Below, in pieces: positions 16,988 through 26,409 of a stretch of 27,743 nt of DNA. A model generated the notes under the pieces. The model had not been told where the DNA came from. It searched no databases and saw only the letters and a list, made by a program, of their open reading frames with translations. The DNA lies in IMG/VR virus record IMGVR_UViG_3300028283_000176, positions 1-27,743 of that record, one strand, 5' to 3'. The translations under genes were made by a program, and so were the position numbers. Position 1 is the first letter of the stretch; every line of letters begins with the position of its first letter. The stretch is from a virus. Lineage: Duplodnaviria > Caudoviricetes.

Positions 16988-19900
16988 TAGATATGACCCT
17001 TCATTTTTACTAATTCACCATTACACTTAACCAGAAGATCGTAAAAGTTTTGGATGGCACTTACCATCTGGGTAGGTAAGGAAGACATTGTTTTATAAGC
17101 GTCCGCCATTTCTTTGAGAGCGGCGGTAGATAAAGTGGTAGTTGATTTCGTAGCGTCCAGTGCCGTGTTAATGGCTTTTCCTGATTCGTCAATAGATGCT
17201 TTATGAGATATTTTGGTGAGCTCTATTTGATGCCGTATTTCCTCTTCACGTTTTGCATATTCTAGTACGCGCTTATCCTCTGCACTGCCTATTTCTGACA
17301 AATCCTTCAGTTTCGCCAAAGTCTCTTCGTGATACTTTTCTTCGTTGAACTTTGCAAGTGATTCCGTTTCGCCCTTTGCTTCCAAAAACTTTGTGTGAAC
17401 GTTATCTGCAAAACTAGAAACTTGATCGGTTGCCTGCTTAATACTGTCTCTAACGCTGTCTATCTGGCCTTTGAGCGAAGACAGGTCGCTATCATCTAGT
17501 AGCGTAAAACTGTTGGACAACGCATAATTAGCGGCATTCAGGTCATACGTAGTAACCTTGCCCGACCCTAGTTTATCTAATAACTTCTCGTATTCGATCC
17601 GTTGTTCTAAGTAAGCTTTTTGTGCAGTTTCACTAGCCACCATCGTTTCGGCAGCCATTTTATTCATTACGCCACCCACGGTGTCCGTAGAATTGATTAA
17701 CTTTAGATTGGTTCCTAGTTCTATATTAACTTTATCTAATTCTGCTTGTAGTGCGCCAACGTTGCCACTTGCTATTCCAACTTCTTGGTTCCATGCTTTT
17801 GATTGATCCGTGGCACCACGCAACTGGTCAAAATAATCCTTTACCTTCTCCCCAAACCTTGACGCTGCTTCGGATGCTATAGTTAGATTTGCACTAAAGA
17901 ACGATCCAAGTGATGCTAATTCTTTTTCTGTATTTTTCGAGACGTCATTAAGCTCGGCCATTTTCTTGCCAGCTTTTTCCATTCCGTCTTCTAATTCCTT
18001 TCCTGAGATTTTCCCCTCTGCACCTAATACCTTAATCCGTTCTATAACGTCTTTAAGTTCCTCTGGGGTTTGAATGCTCGAAATACTACTAACCAGTGTT
18101 TTGTATTCCTCGCTCGTATATGCAGCAGCGCGTGCCAACAGGTTAAACGCATCTTTTTCATTCTCTAGTGCAGTAACATGGTTTTGTGCTGCTTCTGCCG
18201 CTTTCTTTTTCTCTTCTATTTCCGAAGAGATTAGATCAATCCTTGCTTGTTCGTTCTTGTCTATTCCTCTTCCATCTAATTGTGCTTGTGCAATCGTGAT
18301 GTCGAGTTCTTTTTGTTTTTCCTGAACCAGCAGGTTAATTTTTTCAACTTCTAATTGAGCATCGCTAATTGCAAGAGCCCGCTGTTTTCTTTGTTCGTCC
18401 CTTCCGCTTTGTTCTCTTCCAAGTGCCGCATAGACCTGTCCAAGAGATTCGGATACTTCGGCATATCCCCTAAGCTCTTCTTGAGAAGAGGAAATGCTTT
18501 TGGCTTTAGCGTCATACACAGAACCCAGTCTGTCTTTTTGCCTTTCCAGCTCGGTTGAATAAGCAGAGGACACGGCAATAAGATTATTAGTAGACTCGTT
18601 TAGGTGCTCATTGGTGCCTATCCCTGCCCTTACGCTCGCCTGTGTTGCGTCATATTCGTTTCTTGTCTCCTCGTATAATTTGCCGAGATTAGATATTCCC
18701 GTTGACTCATTAGCAATTGCAACCGCAGCCCCAGCCCTGCTTGCCACGTCACGTTCTAATGCTTGAGTTTCTAGCAACTGCTGTTTATAGTTCTCTTCGG
18801 CAACTTTAGCCGCAATTTCTTTTACTTCAGTTGTCTTTTTAATTCCTGCCGCAACTTTCGCGTCGATATCAGGCCTGCTGAGTGCTATTTCGGCCTGTTC
18901 TTTATCAATCTCAGATAATCGAGCCTTCGTTTCTGCTTCTGTTTTTAGGGAAGCTAGAATTAGCTTAGAACCCTCTAATTTCTTTTCTACTGACTTAGCC
19001 TCTGCCTCGTACCTCTCAGTAAGTGTTCCGATGGCCTTGGCAACCTCTAATACCTGCTCTCCCTCTTTTTCTAGTGTGCTCGCAACTTCTTTGCTTGTTT
19101 CCTTGTTTTTTTCAAGAATGCCAATACGTTTTGAGAGCGCAGCGGACTCCTTATCCAGCTCTCCTTGGTGTGCCTTTGAAGCGTCTGTTAATCCGCTTGT
19201 AGATTTTATAAGTTCGTCTTGTGCCGATTGTAATAAAGATTTGCTGTGCGTTAATTCTTTAGTTGATTCTAATAAATCTCTCCGTGCATCTTTTCCAGCT
19301 TTACCTGCTTGATCTTCAGAAGACATTGAGTCCAACAACGCTTTAGATTTGTCGATCCTATCTTGTATTGCCTTAATCTCTTCTTTCTTATTGTTACTAA
19401 ATTCTTTTAGCTGGTCATTATTGAGCTTATAAAAATCACTCTGCGTAGACATGAGGTCGTTATGAGCTTTAGTAGCATCACTTGCCTTTTGTTGTTCAAC
19501 TTCATATGCAGCCAAACCCCCAATCACTGCCGCGAGACCAACTCCAATTGCGGTCATCACTGGATTGGCTAAAGCAAGGCTAGTGGCAAAACCAGTCGCA
19601 GCAGCACCAGCCGCAACTAGACCCGCACCTAATACCGCCTCTACCGCTACTCCAACAGTGTCGATATTATTCGCAAAAAGTTCCAACGCACCAGTAGCCC
19701 CGTCAAGAGCTGTTCTTGCTACTGAATCTTTTGCTAAAAACTGAGAAAACTTGTTCGATACGTCTTGTAACGCTTGGTCAAACTTGACTGGTAATCCCGC
19801 GGCTTGTGTTTTCCAACTTTCAGCCATGTCATTTACTGAATTGAGTACAATTGTACTTGTTAATGCGCCCTGCCTTGCTAGCTCTTTTAATTCACCGCTT

Positions 19901-20763
19901 GATACTCCGATGTGACCTGCAATGGCTTGCATGACCACACCCAGTTGTGACGCGACACTATTAAACTCCTGTCCATGAAGCCTGCCTGCCGCCATCGCTT
20001 GAGACAATTGAAGCAACGCTCCTTCTGCCTCTTTTGTATTAGCCCCTGAGAGCCTAATCCCATTTCCCAATGCCTCTACAAACTTTAGCGTTTCACTCTG
20101 CGAAACCCCCATATTCTGGGTAGCCGCAGTAACTCTATAGTACATTTGTCCGAGTGAATCTAGCGAGGAGTGCGTACGATCTGCAATTCCTTCTAGCCCT
20201 GCCATCGCCTCGTTTGCTTTTTCCTGATCTCCAAGAAGAGTACCAAGGCGTGTTTTAAGTAGACTATAAGAATCCGCTAGTTCAGCGAGTGATTTTACGT
20301 AGCTCTCAACTGTTTGAGCCATCGAAACTAACTGATTAAAGCTAAATACTTGCTTATTAAAACCAGATAGGAGGCCGTCCGAAGTTTTTGCAGTGCCCCC
20401 CAATTTATCAACGCCATCGCTTGCGTTCTTAGCCGAATTTCCAAACGCGGCATTATTTGTTGCGCTAGTAATAGAGGCTGCATTAAGGCCACTCACGTTG
20501 ATTTCTGCTGCCTTCACTGATGAAGCAAGAGAGCCAACAGAGTTTTCTGCGGTCTTTGCTGAGTTTGATAATGAGTTGATATCTTTTGATGGCTCTTTTG
20601 ACACCACTAAGTTTTTTAATTCATTACCAAGTACCGATATTATCCCTGACGTCTGTTGTCCTGTTTGCCCCAGCGACTCAATAGAACCGATTGTTACTTT
20701 AATGCTAGTTTCCGCACCAGAGCTATCCCCTTCAATCTTGATACCGATCGTTTCAGTTGCCAT
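16987..20763 (-). CDS. Tail tape measure protein
   Basis: 1258 aa, helical; tape-measure N-terminal domain signature LSGA...AEGALLQLSQAMAAGRLHGQEFNSV; hydrophobic Ala/Gly segment; long coiled coils. Confidence 0.93.
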   Translation of the reverse strand: MATETIGIKIEGDSSGAETSIKVTIGSIESLGQTGQQTSGIISVLGNELKNLVVSKEPSKDINSLSNSAKTAENSVGSLASSVKAAEINVSGLNAASITSATNNAAFGNSAKNASDGVDKLGGTAKTSDGLLSGFNKQVFSFNQLVSMAQTVESYVKSLAELADSYSLLKTRLGTLLGDQEKANEAMAGLEGIADRTHSSLDSLGQMYYRVTAATQNMGVSQSETLKFVEALGNGIRLSGANTKEAEGALLQLSQAMAAGRLHGQEFNSVASQLGVVMQAIAGHIGVSSGELKELARQGALTSTIVLNSVNDMAESWKTQAAGLPVKFDQALQDVSNKFSQFLAKDSVARTALDGATGALELFANNIDTVGVAVEAVLGAGLVAAGAAATGFATSLALANPVMTAIGVGLAAVIGGLAAYEVEQQKASDATKAHNDLMSTQSDFYKLNNDQLKEFSNNKKEEIKAIQDRIDKSKALLDSMSSEDQAGKAGKDARRDLLESTKELTHSKSLLQSAQDELIKSTSGLTDASKAHQGELDKESAALSKRIGILEKNKETSKEVASTLEKEGEQVLEVAKAIGTLTERYEAEAKSVEKKLEGSKLILASLKTEAETKARLSEIDKEQAEIALSRPDIDAKVAAGIKKTTEVKEIAAKVAEENYKQQLLETQALERDVASRAGAAVAIANESTGISNLGKLYEETRNEYDATQASVRAGIGTNEHLNESTNNLIAVSSAYSTELERQKDRLGSVYDAKAKSISSSQEELRGYAEVSESLGQVYAALGREQSGRDEQRKQRALAISDAQLEVEKINLLVQEKQKELDITIAQAQLDGRGIDKNEQARIDLISSEIEEKKKAAEAAQNHVTALENEKDAFNLLARAAAYTSEEYKTLVSSISSIQTPEELKDVIERIKVLGAEGKISGKELEDGMEKAGKKMAELNDVSKNTEKELASLGSFFSANLTIASEAASRFGEKVKDYFDQLRGATDQSKAWNQEVGIASGNVGALQAELDKVNIELGTNLKLINSTDTVGGVMNKMAAETMVASETAQKAYLEQRIEYEKLLDKLGSGKVTTYDLNAANYALSNSFTLLDDSDLSSLKGQIDSVRDSIKQATDQVSSFADNVHTKFLEAKGETESLAKFNEEKYHEETLAKLKDLSEIGSAEDKRVLEYAKREEEIRHQIELTKISHKASIDESGKAINTALDATKSTTTLSTAALKEMADAYKTMSSLPTQMVSAIQNFYDLLVKCNGELVKMKGHI

Positions 20764-20781
20764 TATATTTTCCTAATGCGA

Positions 20782-21210
20782 TCAAATAGAAACAAGCTTG
20801 ATACTGCTAATCCTATACACATACGAATCCCCGGGGTCGGCAGGCGAAAATGAATTGCAAATCGGGATTGGTTCTGCTTTTAATGCGCCTGATTCGCCTT
20901 GTAACGGCCTTACCGTGAATTGCCTACTATCGTGTAACGTGAGAGTAAATACCGCGCCAGCCGTCACCAAAGCCGCGTAGAGAGCCTTTAACGCAAGCCT
21001 AGACATTTCCACAGTGTGATTAGTACCGTCCTGTTGACCAATTAGAGTAATTGGCCTACCCGCTTGTTTGGTTGCTTCTCGTACAATAATTGCGCCAGTG
21101 ATCGTATATTCTGTAGATTGCGCAGTGGGAGACCATAAAAACTCATCAGACCAGTAGAGACCGTTTGGTAAAATAAAACTTCCGAGAGAAACACTAGTAA
21201 GCGTAATCAC
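20782..21210 (-). CDS. Distal-tail (Dit)-like protein
   Basis: LP.GLYWSDEF.WSP.AQSTEYTITGAIIV.EA.KQAGRPITL...LTLHDSRQFTV motif; GTG start overlapping the upstream TGA. Confidence 0.7.
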   Translation of the reverse strand: MITLTSVSLGSFILPNGLYWSDEFLWSPTAQSTEYTITGAIIVREATKQAGRPITLIGQQDGTNHTVEMSRLALKALYAALVTAGAVFTLTLHDSRQFTVRPLQGESGALKAEPIPICNSFSPADPGDSYVYRISSIKLVSI

Positions 21211-21665
21211 TCAAATAGCCTCCAACTTTCTTGAGAAGAGAAACTACCAAGCGTGTCATATCGCACAATTCCAGTTTGTGATCCACAATACGGTACTAAA
21301 TAAACATACCTGCCATCGAAGATTGCTTTTGAACCATTGAAATCTGCTGATGACATATCGAAATCCTGTGGCACACCCAAACTCGGAATAGCTGGTGTCA
21401 TATTAGAAACTACCGACCTTAACACTGAGAACAGTAAATCCTTTAGGGAGTCTAGGTTAGTTTCTGTTACCGTGCCTGTAGCTATCTGGCCAGTTTCACC
21501 ACGCGGCCCTGGTGTTCCGATATTAAAAATCCTTTCAGAATCACCAATCGTTACGTTAATATCGGGGGGCGAAATAGAAACTGGAAGTTCTGGGTTTTCA
21601 ATAGCAACTACTAAAGCATTTCTTAGATCAACTAATACCGAAATTTCGGCTGTATCCAAAGACAT
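21207..21665 (-). CDS. Short fibre-like protein with collagen-like GxP triplets and one FDGRYVY beta-propeller-type repeat
   Basis: GTPGPRGETG then AIFDGRYVYLVPY...VRYDTLGSFSSQESWRLFE. Confidence 0.55.
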   Translation of the reverse strand: MSLDTAEISVLVDLRNALVVAIENPELPVSISPPDINVTIGDSERIFNIGTPGPRGETGQIATGTVTETNLDSLKDLLFSVLRSVVSNMTPAIPSLGVPQDFDMSSADFNGSKAIFDGRYVYLVPYCGSQTGIVRYDTLGSFSSQESWRLFE

Positions 21666-21666
21666 T

Positions 21667-22038
21667 TCAGGTACTCCGGGTAACGTCTTCGATCACCATT
21701 ACCTGTCCGATATCAAGCGTACGAATAGTGGACGGCGTATCAGATTCCGCGACTTGGAAATCATAATAATACCGTCCCGGGGTTACTAATGACGTGTCAG
21801 ATGCGGGTATATGTATCCACACAATCCCGCGTTCTGGGTTATCGTTTGCGTTATCGCCTGCAGTGCTCGTAAATTGAAGATCGGCATCCGCATCTTCTTT
21901 TGATAAGTCGCTTTTTAGTGTAACCCAGAATTTCCAGCCAGTTAAATCAACTGTGCTCGAATTAACCCCCGTTATATTTATCTTCCTTTCCCATGTGTCA
22001 CCCCGAACAATAGTTTTCGAGAAAAATAATTGAGACAT
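21667..22038 (-). CDS. BppU N-terminal-like Ig-fold fibre adaptor
   Basis: IVRGDTW...VDLTG...I.I.ASDT....GRYYYDFQV...G.V.V..DVT pattern. Confidence 0.7.
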   Translation of the reverse strand: MSQLFFSKTIVRGDTWERKINITGVNSSTVDLTGWKFWVTLKSDLSKEDADADLQFTSTAGDNANDNPERGIVWIHIPASDTSLVTPGRYYYDFQVAESDTPSTIRTLDIGQVMVIEDVTRST

Positions 22039-22047
22039 GGGAGTCCG

Positions 22048-22824
22048 TTATGCAGATAGGTCGAGGTACTCAAAAGCCCATGGGGAAGAATAACTAGACG
22101 GTGTAATTAAGTCGCCTGCTAGTTTACCGTTTAAGTACTCTCCCTTGACTGGGTCAATAGTTCCGTTTGGTGCTAATTGCGCCTTGTGCACCAACACTCG
22201 TACTTTCTTCTGTGTTGACATTTCAGTACCAGTACCTAGCAGCATGATATTTGCGCTACTCACTTTTCCTGATGCGTAAGATTCGCCTGCACGCGTTGAC
22301 TTCGTATAACTAATCTTTGTAATAGTTACGCCTGTGGCCGTGGTGGCTTTGAACAAACCATTTACCAAGTCCACCTCGTAATTAACTGGATCAATGGTGC
22401 TAGAGCCCGCTTTTGCGGTAATCTCAGTACCTGTTCCATCTGGGGTAATGTATTTATTCGCAAGGGGAATCCATGCACCTAGTACTGGTGTAATCAGCTC
22501 GTCCGCTACCGCACCACTGGTTTGTGAAATAGTAGAGGCATTAGCACCGAGCAATAGAGATAGCACATTGCCAGTCATGCTGTTGAATTCAACGTTAATC
22601 TTTGCGGCGTCTTTTGGCACAAACTGAGAGTCTAATATCTCACCGTAGCTACTTAGCATATTAGATTTTAGCTTTACAATTTCTTGCGTTGCGCCCGTGA
22701 TTTCAACTTTCGTTAAGTTTATCGGACCGTAAAAGATTGTTGGTGCGGTTGCTCCATTCCAAAAGCCGTATTTGAACTCACAGCGTAGGTAAATAGAACG
22801 ATTAGTAGTAACGTCAATGGCCAT
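22048..22824 (-). CDS. Major tail tube protein
   Basis: Start moved to ATG 22824 (GGAG RBS). Follows the gp37-like gene; beta-rich with an inserted domain (YEVDLVNGLF) and C-terminal LAGDLITP...PW. Confidence 0.75.
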   Translation of the reverse strand: MAIDVTTNRSIYLRCEFKYGFWNGATAPTIFYGPINLTKVEITGATQEIVKLKSNMLSSYGEILDSQFVPKDAAKINVEFNSMTGNVLSLLLGANASTISQTSGAVADELITPVLGAWIPLANKYITPDGTGTEITAKAGSSTIDPVNYEVDLVNGLFKATTATGVTITKISYTKSTRAGESYASGKVSSANIMLLGTGTEMSTQKKVRVLVHKAQLAPNGTIDPVKGEYLNGKLAGDLITPSSYSSPWAFEYLDLSA

Positions 22825-22825
22825 A

Positions 22826-23245
22826 TTATTCTCCAATAAAATAATTAGTTCCAAAATTGATAGCGATCGCTAATATCCCGTCTATAAAAATTGGTGGTGG
22901 TGAGCTTTCGAGTTTGAGTGGGTAAGCCATTTCTGCATTCGGAGACCAACCATTTAGCGTTGCGCAAACTTTGTTGATAATAGATTGAGCATCTGAACGA
23001 GCAGATTGGCCGTCTTTTGTTTCATGTGCATTTCTAACTACAATTTGTATTTGCCAATGAACCAGCATTTTTGAAATGTAGTCACCTTCTTCAGATTCCG
23101 CGGTCATTCCGTTATACAAAACATAAGCACAGGGCATAGGCCGCGATAATTCAGATTTACCTGTTGGAATTCCGTATACCCCTAATAGCTCAGGTACTTT
23201 AGATTCCAGCCGACCACGAATAGCCTGTTCAAAACGCAATGGCAT
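22826..23245 (-). CDS. Mu gp37-like tail terminator/completion protein
   Basis: EQAIRGRL...P.AYVLYNG...WQIQIVVRNA...LNGWSP pattern and position. Confidence 0.7.
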   Translation of the reverse strand: MPLRFEQAIRGRLESKVPELLGVYGIPTGKSELSRPMPCAYVLYNGMTAESEEGDYISKMLVHWQIQIVVRNAHETKDGQSARSDAQSIINKVCATLNGWSPNAEMAYPLKLESSPPPIFIDGILAIAINFGTNYFIGE

Positions 23246-23246
23246 T

Positions 23247-23717
23247 TCAGATTCCCAGATGATTCTTTATTTCACGAAGTACGTTGTCTTTCCATTCCTG
23301 AGACATTAAACCGTTAGAGGTAATGAGCATTTGTCGTGCTGGAATATCTCCCCATGGCGCATTTCCTCCGAAACTTCCTTTCTTTGCTCCGAATTGTTGC
23401 GTAGTCGCATAGATAACATCCGTGCCGATTGTGACGCTCTTATTTGTCGCCGTGTACGCAAACGAATTAGCAAGTTTGCCCGTGTCATATAAAATCCTGT
23501 TAGATTGATTGCCACGAAGTTTTCTACGTTTAAGCGTAACGGGAGATAAAACAGCCCACGGTGTGCCTATTGGATTCCTTTCCCCCTCAAACCTCGACGC
23601 TATATTTTTCAATTCCGTTTCACCTAGGGACGCCATTACTGGTGTCATATCTAATAGCTTCGATAACAGAGAAGAAAACGCATTAAATGAGCTTCGAGTT
23701 TCTATGCTAAATTTCAT
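23247..23717 (-). CDS. Phage virion morphogenesis protein (Mu gpG-like)
   Basis: RFE.E.NP.GTPWA.LSP.T..RR, IL.DTGKL..S, IGT.V.YA..QQFG, IPARQML. Confidence 0.9.
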   Translation of the reverse strand: MKFSIETRSSFNAFSSLLSKLLDMTPVMASLGETELKNIASRFEGERNPIGTPWAVLSPVTLKRRKLRGNQSNRILYDTGKLANSFAYTATNKSVTIGTDVIYATTQQFGAKKGSFGGNAPWGDIPARQMLITSNGLMSQEWKDNVLREIKNHLGI

Positions 23718-24135
23718 ATTTCGCTAACCATGAGCTATTAAAAACAATGGTTTTAGTACCGACGGATATTTGAGAAGAGCCTGCTGTTGTTGTCTTTTGA
23801 ATTTCTGGTGCTAGGCTTGCCGATCCATTTGCAATTTCTTTAAGAGACTTCATTGCCGAATCGTAACGTTTAGAAACATCTTCGGGCGTTTGCCCATTTA
23901 CCATTGCTAATTGATACCACGCGATTTCAACTGCAATATCTAATATTTCTGGTGGTAGTGAACTAAAAGGAACCACATACCTAGCCCTAAGGTGCCTGTC
24001 GATAATTGATTGAGTAGTGAAAACCGCTACATCTAATCTCGCGAGATCAGGAAATCCAGTGCCGTCATCCAGTATTTGTTCTACTGTTTGTAGTCCGTAT
24101 ACCGAATCTAAATCTTCGCGAGTTAGATAGGCCAT
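23707..24135 (-). CDS. Mu gp36-like head-tail connector (DUF1320)
   Basis: YLTREDL...IDRHL.ARY.VP....P..L...A..IAWYQL...RY..A.K.L..IA.G. Confidence 0.88.
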   Translation of the reverse strand: MAYLTREDLDSVYGLQTVEQILDDGTGFPDLARLDVAVFTTQSIIDRHLRARYVVPFSSLPPEILDIAVEIAWYQLAMVNGQTPEDVSKRYDSAMKSLKEIANGSASLAPEIQKTTTAGSSQISVGTKTIVFNSSWLAKYEI

Positions 24136-25115
24136 TAGCTAATCGTCAGTTTGATAATTGCAGCGGGTCGAGTAACTAAATTAAGCGGATTGCTCTGTGC
24201 TTCAATTACGTAGCCTTTCCCTAATTCGATTGGCTCTGATTTCGCGTAATACGGCAGGCCGAGCGTATTTACAGTTTCCACATAGTTAGCAGGAGCAAAG
24301 CGGCTAATACAAAGACCGGGAACGCCAATCGGAATTGCATATGCGTCATTACCAAGGTTTACTGAAGACGTGCCTCGATACCATTCCCAATTTGCACCAA
24401 AAGCAGTAAAAGACGCTTCAGGATTGCCGCGCAGTTCATTTGCTTGGATTTGATTTAGGTACGTTGCCTTGACGTCTTTATCCTCTAGTAACGCTGCCCA
24501 GAATGCGTCGCCACACAACACCGTAATACCGTTATACGAAACGCCGTCTAGTGCGCTATTCACCTTCTGCAAAACCTCAAACATCTTTTTACGGATGGCC
24601 GAGGAAACGGTGGTAGAGAGTGCTAGTGCATGCGTCTGTTGAGAAACGCCAAACGTGGTAAATAGGCTTTGCAAGTCTCCATTTGCGTCGTAGTAATTAC
24701 CCATTACCGCTTGTGTACGGTGAGATTCAATCGTGTAGTCAATGTTCCGACGCATAATAGAAAGACGGTCATTGATTCGAGAAGTAAGCATCTCGGACTG
24801 GCTTTCCATTCCGAACACTCGCACGCCTTGCACTTCATCAGCGAGAATTAGCGCGCGTTCTGGCAAGTGAGGAATTCGGAAGCTCCGAATTTTTCGCTTT
24901 TGTCCAGTAACTGGTTTTCCGGGAGCGCCTCGGGGTTGAATATCAACGAGAGATAGAATTCCGTCTTGCTCTTCGATAGCAACGTCTAATGTAGATACCC
25001 CTGACTCTTCAAACACTTTTGAGAAACGAGCTGGGGTATATTTGAGATTATTGATTGCGCCAGTAAGTGTGTTAAGACTAAACGCAGAAGGCGTGAATGG
25101 ATCGACCATAGCCAT
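24135..25115 (-). CDS. Major capsid protein (lambda gpE-like family)
   Basis: Start moved to ATG 25115 (GAGGAG RBS). FSLNTLTGAIN, PRGAPG, PHLP....ILADEVQGVR.FG, FAPANY.ETVNTLGLPYYAK, QSNPL...TRP. Confidence 0.93.
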   Translation of the reverse strand: MAMVDPFTPSAFSLNTLTGAINNLKYTPARFSKVFEESGVSTLDVAIEEQDGILSLVDIQPRGAPGKPVTGQKRKIRSFRIPHLPERALILADEVQGVRVFGMESQSEMLTSRINDRLSIMRRNIDYTIESHRTQAVMGNYYDANGDLQSLFTTFGVSQQTHALALSTTVSSAIRKKMFEVLQKVNSALDGVSYNGITVLCGDAFWAALLEDKDVKATYLNQIQANELRGNPEASFTAFGANWEWYRGTSSVNLGNDAYAIPIGVPGLCISRFAPANYVETVNTLGLPYYAKSEPIELGKGYVIEAQSNPLNLVTRPAAIIKLTIS

Positions 25116-25117
25116 AA

Positions 25118-25489
25118 TTAACTCCTCACAAAAACTGAAAGTGCTGCGAGATCGGCAATGCCTGCGGTTTTGTCTCCAGCTGAATTTGCAGATGCCCAAA
25201 CGATTTTTTCGCTTGCCACTTCTGCATCACGACAAATCATTACTGCGTCTTGATCTGCACTAGTCGCATTAACCGAGTTATATAAAATTCCCGCGAGCAG
25301 TTGTGTACCATCCGTTAGATTGTTGTCGTATACGTTATATTTCCCAGTCGCGGTAACCTTCCCTAGTGCTGTACCTGATTCCAATATGCCCGCGCCACTC
25401 GCCACTACCACCACTTCTCGACTAATAGTTCCATTAGCTTCTGCGAGAATGAATTCACCCACGCGATTCTTTTCTGTTAGAGTGCTCAT
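25118..25489 (-). CDS. Head decoration protein (gpD-like)
   Basis: EFIL.EANG.ISRE...L.SGT.LGKVTATGKY...DG.Q..AGILY...RDAEV; lies between protease and capsid. Confidence 0.85.
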   Translation of the reverse strand: MSTLTEKNRVGEFILAEANGTISREVVVVASGAGILESGTALGKVTATGKYNVYDNNLTDGTQLLAGILYNSVNATSADQDAVMICRDAEVASEKIVWASANSAGDKTAGIADLAALSVFVRS

Positions 25490-25878
25490 TACTTACCTCC
25501 TCGACGAACTGAATAAATAGACGCAGTGTCTAGGCCAGTCTCTTTTGGAACAGTGTCGCCAATGGCCTGCTCTTGCATTAGGTTTAAAGGTAATGGACGC
25601 TTAGCAATCGATAGTAAATCCGAGGAAAGCTGCTCAAATACTTCTTGAGAAAGAGATATGTACATCTTTTCTTGAGAGTCCGTAATTTGCCGTCCCAAGC
25701 TTTTGAACAAAGACAAAACGGCAGATTTTCGAGTAGCCGCGCGTTCATTAGACAAAGCCGATTCAGCAGCGATTGCACGGGTTTTCCACTCGTCCAGCTT
25801 TGCGGATAGCTCCAATACTTTGTTGTCTGGCAAAACCGCTTTGGTCTCGACAGAGTCGATTTTTACTGTGTCAGTCAT
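25489..25878 (-). CDS. Nested in-frame scaffold protein (internal start)
   Basis: In-frame ATG at 25878 preceded by AAGAAGGAAATAACAAC, just after the protease domain, as in Mu gpI/gpZ and lambda gpC/Nu3. Confidence 0.6.
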   Translation of the reverse strand: MTDTVKIDSVETKAVLPDNKVLELSAKLDEWKTRAIAAESALSNERAATRKSAVLSLFKSLGRQITDSQEKMYISLSQEVFEQLSSDLLSIAKRPLPLNLMQEQAIGDTVPKETGLDTASIYSVRRGGK

Positions 25879-26409
25879 GTTGTTATTTCCTTCTTTTTTA
25901 ATTGCGGAAAAAAACGAAGCATTCGTAAATCTGTCTGCTCCGAGAGATACGATAGAAACCTCTCTTACTACACCGTTTCTTAGAACCGATACCGGAGCCT
26001 CAAAGTCGCGATTGTTGATTTTTGTTGTACCCTTCGAAATCGTTTCAAAATCGAAATCAAAGATGCCAATGGACATTTGATACGTAGCACCCCTGAAGGC
26101 CTTTTTAGCTATGCCAGCTGCGGTCTCGTCGATATCAGAGAACAGCACGCCAGACACTTTCAGAGTCGCGCCATCATTCGACACGCTAGAAATAAACCCG
26201 ATTACCTCGTCGTGCTCATGCTGAAAAAGCAGTGGGAGACTTTCGGCAATCTGGGTAGTAGCAAGGTCAATTAAAACTCCACCATCAACTGCTGATCCCG
26301 AATACGCGACACCCTCGAATTTCGTGGGTAGGTCAGTATTCTCTTGGTCTAACTTGACAACAGAAGAAAGGTAAAAAGTCTTTTCAGATTTTGGTATACT
26401 ATTTGGCAT
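25489..26409 (-). CDS. Prohead maturation protease with C-terminal scaffold
   Basis: FEGVAYSG, PLLFQH...VIG, QMSIG, REVSIVSLGAD..T, followed by a helical scaffold region. Confidence 0.85.
   Translation of the reverse strand: MPNSIPKSEKTFYLSSVVKLDQENTDLPTKFEGVAYSGSAVDGGVLIDLATTQIAESLPLLFQHEHDEVIGFISSVSNDGATLKVSGVLFSDIDETAAGIAKKAFRGATYQMSIGIFDFDFETISKGTTKINNRDFEAPVSVLRNGVVREVSIVSLGADRFTNASFFSAIKKEGNNNMTDTVKIDSVETKAVLPDNKVLELSAKLDEWKTRAIAAESALSNERAATRKSAVLSLFKSLGRQITDSQEKMYISLSQEVFEQLSSDLLSIAKRPLPLNLMQEQAIGDTVPKETGLDTASIYSVRRGGK

Noticed and set aside
8407-23245. Contractile injection system / R-type tailocin
   Set aside because: No sheath, baseplate wedge (gpJ/gp25) or VgrG/PAAR recognised, and capsid genes are present.
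24135-25199. ORF-track starts for capsid (25199), tail tube (22854), helicase (6695), 8317 and 3795
   Set aside because: Downstream ATGs have better RBSs and avoid long overlaps or a terminator; the shorter starts were used.
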